Shown: piece after piece, positions 59,190 through 64,000 of the stretch
Layout of the letters: the number at the start of each line of letters is the position of its first letter
How positions within the stretch are numbered: position 1 is the stretch's first letter
From: a plasmid
Sequence record: NZ_CP119397.1
Strand: one strand, 5' to 3'
Length of the DNA stretch: 64,000 nucleotides
The notes under the pieces: model-generated
Database searches by the model: none
What the model was told of the DNA's origin: nothing
The model's input: the letters and a program-made list of their open reading frames with translations, nothing else
Translations under genes and position numbers: made by a program

Positions 59190-59268
59190 AACGCCATCGA
59201 GGGATCGAACCCCGGACTGCCAACTTCTTGCTGAAATTGCCGCTCTTCCAACTGAGCTAATGACGTAT
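59190..59268 (-). tRNA. tRNA-like element: canonical acceptor stem, D-arm (TAGCTCAGTTGGAAGAGC), T-arm (GGTTCGATCC) and encoded CCA, but no canonical anticodon stem-loop
   Basis: Minus-strand sequence ACGTCATTAGCTCAGTTGGAAGAGCGGCAATTTCAGCAAGAAGTTGGCAGTCCGGGGTTCGATCCCTCGATGGCGTTCCA. The 27-nt central region cannot be folded into a 5-bp stem / 7-nt loop by eye. Possible pseudo-tRNA or integration remnant. Confidence 0.35.
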
Positions 59269-59278
59269 TTTCTTTACC

Positions 59279-59316
59279 CCGGCCGCTGTTAATTAAATAA
59301 CGGGCCGGGGTCATCA
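59279..59316 (-). terminator. hairpin ccccggccgc...gggccgggg downstream of the cspA-like gene
   Basis: 8-bp GC stem. Confidence 0.45.
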
Positions 59317-59392
59317 ACACCAGGCGGGAAAACGTATCTGCTCCGGGAAACCCATCATCGCTGTTGCACGTTACCCTGCCCGGTGTTTTAGC

Positions 59393-59605
59393 TTACAGCG
59401 CGACGACGTTCGCGGCTGATGGGCCTTTCATCCCTTGTTCGATGCTGAATTCAACCTGCTGGTTTTCTTCCAGGGTTTTGAAATCATTGCTCTGGATGGC
59501 AGAGAAGTGCACGAACACGTCTTTGCTGCCGTCAGCCGGAGAAATAAAACCAAAACCTTTACCCGCGTCGAACCATTTTACTGAACCTGTCATTTTAGTA
59601 GACAT
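59393..59605 (-). CDS. cold-shock protein, CspA family
   Basis: [38 protein letters not shown] with RNP1/RNP2 motifs. 70 aa. Confidence 0.9.
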   Translation of the reverse strand: MSTKMTGSVKWFDAGKGFGFISPADGSKDVFVHFSAIQSNDFKTLEENQQVEFSIEQGMKGPSAANVVAL

Positions 59606-60056
59606 AGAAATTTCCTTTCTGTTTTTTTAGGCCGCCATAATGGCGAAAGAGGTCTGTTTTTTTAGTGAGAAATTATGGGGCGCTAAAAGAAGAAATTTCG
59701 CTGAAGAAGGGGTATCTGAAGATATCGCTAAGACGGAGAATCGCTTGACTCAAATTGCTTTCAAAAATCTGTACTACAAACCGAGAACGCTATTTACACA
59801 TAATTAACAGGCATTAGCAAGCGCTATTTATTAAAGACTTTTTATACTGCCTGAAAATAACTGCGCGGCGCGTTATCCCTGCCCCCGCTTTTGCCCATGG
59901 CGGCAAAAGGTGCCATCGCCTTTTTTTCTGCCCGGCAAATTTGTTAAACGCCAGTGTTAAAGGCGGGATGCCTGAGGTTAATGTTAAAAGTATGTTGTAA
60001 CTATGGAGCAACACGTAAACGGGGATATTGCCCCGGCAACACCGGGGCACCGTCCC

Positions 60057-60497
60057 TTACGCCGGGATACGCAGTTTCTGGCCTGGATAGATTTTATCGG
60101 GGCTGGAAAGCATCGGCTTGTTGGCTTCGAAAATCTTGTTGTACTGGTTGGCATCACCGTACATTTTCTGCGAAATTTTGCTCAGCGTATCGCCGGACAC
60201 CACATTATAAAATTGCGACGCCGGTTCAGCCGCGGCGCTGGTCACCTGGTCTTCTACCTCGCTGATGCCGTGCACGTTACCGGCTGCCACCAGGATCTTC
60301 TCTTTCTGCTCCTGGGTCAGGCCGTCGCCGGTCACTACCGCTTTATTGCCGTCCACTTTCACATCTACTTTGTCACTGCCCGGCAGATTCAGTTCGTTGA
60401 TGTGTTTTTTCAGGGCATCACTGGCCTGCGATTCGTTGCCTTTTACCGCATCCCACAGTTTTTCACCCGCATCTTTCACAAAATCAAAAAGTCCCAT
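60057..60497 (-). CDS. kbp: potassium-binding protein Kbp/YgaU (BON + LysM)
   Basis: [18 protein letters not shown]...[22 protein letters not shown]...[50 protein letters not shown] is near-identical in pattern to E. coli YgaU as recalled. Confidence 0.8.
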   Translation of the reverse strand: MGLFDFVKDAGEKLWDAVKGNESQASDALKKHINELNLPGSDKVDVKVDGNKAVVTGDGLTQEQKEKILVAAGNVHGISEVEDQVTSAAAEPASQFYNVVSGDTLSKISQKMYGDANQYNKIFEANKPMLSSPDKIYPGQKLRIPA

Positions 60498-60612
60498 GCC
60501 TTACTCCTGGTTATGACGAAGAGTGTTAAACGTAGCAAAGATTTACCCCTTCAGCCGGTTGGCGCGGCAAACCCGCGCCGTTTTCCGGAGGAATCTGACC
60601 CAGGGCCTGCCC

Positions 60613-61929
60613 TTACCCCGCCTGGTAAAGCGGGAACGCGCCGAACAGCAGGCCACCGGCCATCAGCGCCAGGCTGACCAGGATCCCCCACTTGATGGCG
60701 AACCGCTGGTGGTCACCGATGTCCACTTTCGCCAGCCCCACCAGCAGGTAAACCGACGGCACCAGCGGGCTGAGCAAGTGGAACGGCTGGCCGATAATCG
60801 AGGCGCGGGCGATCTGTTCCGGGGTAATGCCGTAGCTGGCGGCCGTCTGCGCGATCACCGGCAGGATGCCGAAATAGAAGGCGTCATTCGACATAAAGAA
60901 AGTGAACGGCAGGCTGACCAGCGCGGTAAACACCGCCAGATAGGGGCCGAAACTGTGGGGGATGATCGCCAGCAGGCTTTTGGCCATCGCGTCCACCATG
61001 CCGGTGCCGGAGAGGATACCGGTAAACACCCCGGCGGCGAAAATCAGTGAGGTGACGGCCAGCACATTCCCGGCATGGGCACTGATCCGCGCTTTTTGCT
61101 GCGCCAGGGAGGGGTAGTTCAGCATCACCGCAATCGCGAACGCCAGCATAAACAGGATCTGGATCGGCAGCAGCCCGACCACCAGCAGCACCAGCAGCAC
61201 CGTGGTCAGGACGAAGTTCGGCCAGAACATCCGCGGGCGGCGGTTGGCCTCGTTCTCTTCGGCATCGCCAAAGCCCAGATCGATGTTTTCCAAATGCTGG
61301 CTGTCGAGGCGCATCACCCCCAGCCGTTTGCGCTCACTTACGCCGAACAGCATCGCCAGCCCCACCAGCGTGACGCAGCCCAGGAGGATCGCCGGCAGCA
61401 TCGGGATGAAAATATCCAGCGCGTCAATGTTCAGCGCTGCCGCCGCGCGGGCCGTCGGCCCGCCCCACGGCGAGAGGTTCATGATGCCGCTGGCCAGGTT
61501 AATCAAACAGGTCATCGCCAGCACATTCATGCCGAGTTTGCGGTAAAGCGGTAAAAACGCCGCCACGGCGATCATATAGGTGGTGGAGCTGTCGCCGTCG
61601 AGGGAGACCAGCAGGGTTAAAATGGCGGTGCCCATCAGCACTTTCAGCGGGTCACCGCGCACTACCCGCAAAATGGCACGTACCAGCGGGTCAAATAACC
61701 CGGCATCAATCATCAAACCAAAATAGAGAATGGAGAACGTCAGCATCACGCCGGTCGGTGCCAGCGCCTTGACGCCGTTCAGCATCATCTCGCCCAGCCC
61801 GCTATAGAACCCACCCGCCAGTGCAAACAGGGTCGGCACAATAATCAGCGCAATCAGCGCTGACATCCGTTTTGTCATGATGAGATACATAAAGCAGGTC
61901 ACCATCGAAAAACCAAGTATCGTCAGCAA
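60613..61929 (-). CDS. CitMHS-family citrate:cation symporter
   Basis: 438 aa with ~12 TM. MLTILGFSMV...LIMTKRMSALIALIIVPTLFAL matches the CitM/CitH-type N-terminus. Confidence 0.75.
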   Translation of the reverse strand: MLTILGFSMVTCFMYLIMTKRMSALIALIIVPTLFALAGGFYSGLGEMMLNGVKALAPTGVMLTFSILYFGLMIDAGLFDPLVRAILRVVRGDPLKVLMGTAILTLLVSLDGDSSTTYMIAVAAFLPLYRKLGMNVLAMTCLINLASGIMNLSPWGGPTARAAAALNIDALDIFIPMLPAILLGCVTLVGLAMLFGVSERKRLGVMRLDSQHLENIDLGFGDAEENEANRRPRMFWPNFVLTTVLLVLLVVGLLPIQILFMLAFAIAVMLNYPSLAQQKARISAHAGNVLAVTSLIFAAGVFTGILSGTGMVDAMAKSLLAIIPHSFGPYLAVFTALVSLPFTFFMSNDAFYFGILPVIAQTAASYGITPEQIARASIIGQPFHLLSPLVPSVYLLVGLAKVDIGDHQRFAIKWGILVSLALMAGGLLFGAFPLYQAG

Positions 61930-62249
61930 AATCAGTTCCTCTTATCAGTGGCGAAATGGGCAACGAAACGGGGCGCGGCCGCGATGTTATGAAAATGTTT
62001 GTAAATAACCTTGTGATCGGTCATTTTATCGGCATTGGTTTACGGTTAACCCCTTGTTTATATTGAGTTAACCTCTTTGCAGCGTAGCAATGTTTTTTCG
62101 TGCAAACTTTTTTTAACAAAAAAAGGTGACAGCGATCATGCAGGAGAAAAGAATGAGGAAGGGAGTGTGACAGGGATCACGCATAAAAACGGCTAACGTC
62201 AGGCCTGCAGGGTGCCGGCCTGACAGCAGGTTGGAAACATCAAAAAGCC

Positions 62250-63002
62250 TTAAATCTGTACCAGGCCGCCATCCACAAACAGTTCAGCCCCGTTAATGTA
62301 GCTGGCGTCATCAGAGGCCAAAAACAGTACCGCGTTGGCGATCTCAGCCGGCTGGCCGACGCGCCCGGCCGGGATCGCCTCAACCATCTGCGCTTTGATC
62401 TCTGCGGCCTCCCCACCGCTGCCGAACAAGGTGTCCAGCCCGCTGGTGTCCGTCACGCCGGGGCTTATCACGTTGACCCGGATGCGGCGTGCCTTGAGGT
62501 CGAGGATCCAGCTGCGGGCAAAGTTGCGCACTGCCGCCTTGGTGGCCGAGTAGACGCTGAAGGCCGGGGTGCCGGCGATGCTGGTGGTTGACGAGGTCAG
62601 CACCACTGCCCCGCCGTCACGCAGCAGCGGCAGCGCCTTTTGCACCGTAAACAGCACCCCTTTCACATTGGTATCGAATGTCTGCTGATAGTGCGCTTCG
62701 GTAATCGCCCCCAGCGGCGCAAATTCCCCGCCCCCGGCGTTCGCCACCAGCACATCAATATGGTGATGTTTCTGCTGCACCGCGTCATATAACCGGTCAA
62801 GGTCGGCGAGCTGGCTGACATCCCCTTGCACCCCGGTCACATTACCGCCGATGGTTTTCACCGCGGCGGCCAGTGTTTCCTCACGGCGGCCGGTGATAAA
62901 CACCGCTGCGCCCTGGTCAGCAAAGGCTTTCGCGGTGGCCAGGCCGATACCGCTGGTGGCACCGGTCACCACGACCACTTTTTGAGCAAATGTCGTTTTC
63001 AT
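62250..63002 (-). CDS. SDR-family oxidoreductase
   Basis: VVTGATSGIGLA cofactor motif. YSATKAA catalytic motif. Confidence 0.8.
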   Translation of the reverse strand: MKTTFAQKVVVVTGATSGIGLATAKAFADQGAAVFITGRREETLAAAVKTIGGNVTGVQGDVSQLADLDRLYDAVQQKHHHIDVLVANAGGGEFAPLGAITEAHYQQTFDTNVKGVLFTVQKALPLLRDGGAVVLTSSTTSIAGTPAFSVYSATKAAVRNFARSWILDLKARRIRVNVISPGVTDTSGLDTLFGSGGEAAEIKAQMVEAIPAGRVGQPAEIANAVLFLASDDASYINGAELFVDGGLVQI

Positions 63003-63118
63003 CGTATTTCTCCGCTATCCGTTGGGTTGTTGAAAATGAGACTATCACCGCCACGACTGGGCAAAAAGCCAGCAAAAATGGGTTGTATCGTTCTGTTTAT
63101 GGAACACTGGGAGGGTGG

Positions 63119-64000
63119 GTGCGCAATGATCTGAATGACTACCGCTACTTTGCGGAGGTGGTGGCGCACGGCGGGTTCGCCGCCGCCGGGCGGGCATTGC
63201 AGGAGCCGAAATCCAAACTCAGCCGCCGCATCGCCAACCTGGAGACGCGCCTCGGAATACGGCTGATTGAACGTACCAGCCGCCGTTTCCGGGTCACCGA
63301 GGTGGGGCAGGCGTTTTACCTGCGCTGCCGGGCGATGTTGCTGGAGGCGGAACAGGCCGACGCGGTGATTGCCGAAACCCAGGCTGAGCCGCACGGCGTG
63401 GTGCGGTTCAGTTGCCCGACCGGCATGGTGGAGGTGGTGTCACCGCTTATCACGGCCTTTCTGCACCGTTACCCCAAAGTCAGGCTGCAACTGCTCGCGC
63501 TGGATCGTGCCGTGGATTTGATTGAGGAGCGGGTGGATGTGGCGCTGCGCATCCGCATCGCGCTGACCAGCGATGCCGAGCTGATCATGCGGTCGCTCGG
63601 GGAATCACGCCGTATTCTGGTGGCCGGTCGACAGTGGGCGAACCACGCCGGCAAGCCGATCAGCGCCCTCGCCGGCCTGCCGACCCTCGCCACCCAGGAT
63701 GAGCCGGGCGAGGTGGTGTGGGAACTGGAATCCACGGCAGGCGATACGCACACCCTGCGCCATGCCCCGCGCATGACCTGCAGTGATTTCGCGGCAGTGC
63801 GTGCGGCGGCCATTCAGGGGCTGGGCGTGGCGTTTCTGCCGGATCACAGCTGCCGTGAGGCACTGGCGCAGGGCGGGCTGATCCGCCTCTGGCCCGACTG
63901 GCACAGCCAGGCCGGGCGGGTGCACCTGGTGTTTACCACCCGCCGCGGGCTGCCCCCGGCAGTGCGGGCGTTTATCGACTGCCTCGCCGGGGGGTTCCCG
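63119..64000 (+). CDS. LysR-family transcriptional regulator (3' end beyond window)
   Basis: GTG start. HTH YRYFAEVVAHGGFAAAGRALQEPKSKLSRRIANLE. Divergent from the SDR gene. No stop before 64000. Confidence 0.6.
   Translation, partial: MRNDLNDYRYFAEVVAHGGFAAAGRALQEPKSKLSRRIANLETRLGIRLIERTSRRFRVTEVGQAFYLRCRAMLLEAEQADAVIAETQAEPHGVVRFSCPTGMVEVVSPLITAFLHRYPKVRLQLLALDRAVDLIEERVDVALRIRIALTSDAELIMRSLGESRRILVAGRQWANHAGKPISALAGLPTLATQDEPGEVVWELESTAGDTHTLRHAPRMTCSDFAAVRAAAIQGLGVAFLPDHSCREALAQGGLIRLWPDWHSQAGRVHLVFTTRRGLPPAVRAFIDCLAGGFP

Noticed and set aside
59190-59268. Calling the element a functional tRNA with a named anticodon
   Set aside because: I could not fold a canonical anticodon arm. Assigning an isotype, or invoking the TCA triplet in TTTCAGC as a Sec/suppressor anticodon, would be unsupported.

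Overview
High-GC (~60-65%) chromosomal segment that looks Enterobacterales-like (norR-norVW, kbp/ygaU, cspA-type, IS903, enteric-style LysR/OYE/MFS genes). About 65 genes are packed into accessory-type blocks. The named blocks, in order: (i) a UvdE-type UV-damage endonuclease, YafY/VOC pair, two Old-Yellow-Enzyme reductases and an MFS exporter; (ii) a metal (Ni/Co-type) acquisition cluster with two NicO-family permeases, a DUF1007 partner and a Nik/Dpp-like ABC importer whose two permease domains are fused; (iii) a PAAR-like polymorphic toxin, an overlapping immunity gene and two extra paralogous 'orphan' immunity genes, a CPCC cysteine-rich mini-protein, and an IS903 copy with a 9-bp target duplication; (iv) a hydrolase / isochorismatase / XapX pair; (v) a receiver-only response regulator, a 1859-aa Ser/Thr-kinase-like + STAND/AAA ATPase + helical repeats + GAF + PAS + histidine-kinase protein, an AT-rich foreign insert with a hexapeptide acetyltransferase, and a LuxR-type response regulator; (vi) dioxygenase / pirin / LysR genes; (vii) an MFS-SDR-split-transketolase operon whose LysR regulator is frameshifted in an A7 tract; (viii) a decaying HigB/HigA module (toxin nonsense codon, antitoxin frameshift in a C7 tract); (ix) aldehyde/alcohol dehydrogenases and a tautomerase; (x) an alpha-glucoside PTS/GH4 operon; (xi) tehB and norR-norVW with a sigma54 promoter; (xii) a second intact TA module, a tRNA-like element with a non-canonical anticodon arm, cspA-like, kbp, a CitMHS citrate transporter, an SDR and a partial LysR. 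The features most worth follow-up are the toxin/immunity island with its unassigned C-terminal toxin domain and the giant kinase-like / histidine-kinase signalling protein with a degenerate (pseudokinase-like) catalytic core. All calls are made by eye from the sequence; coordinates of sub-ORF starts may be off by 1-3 nt.
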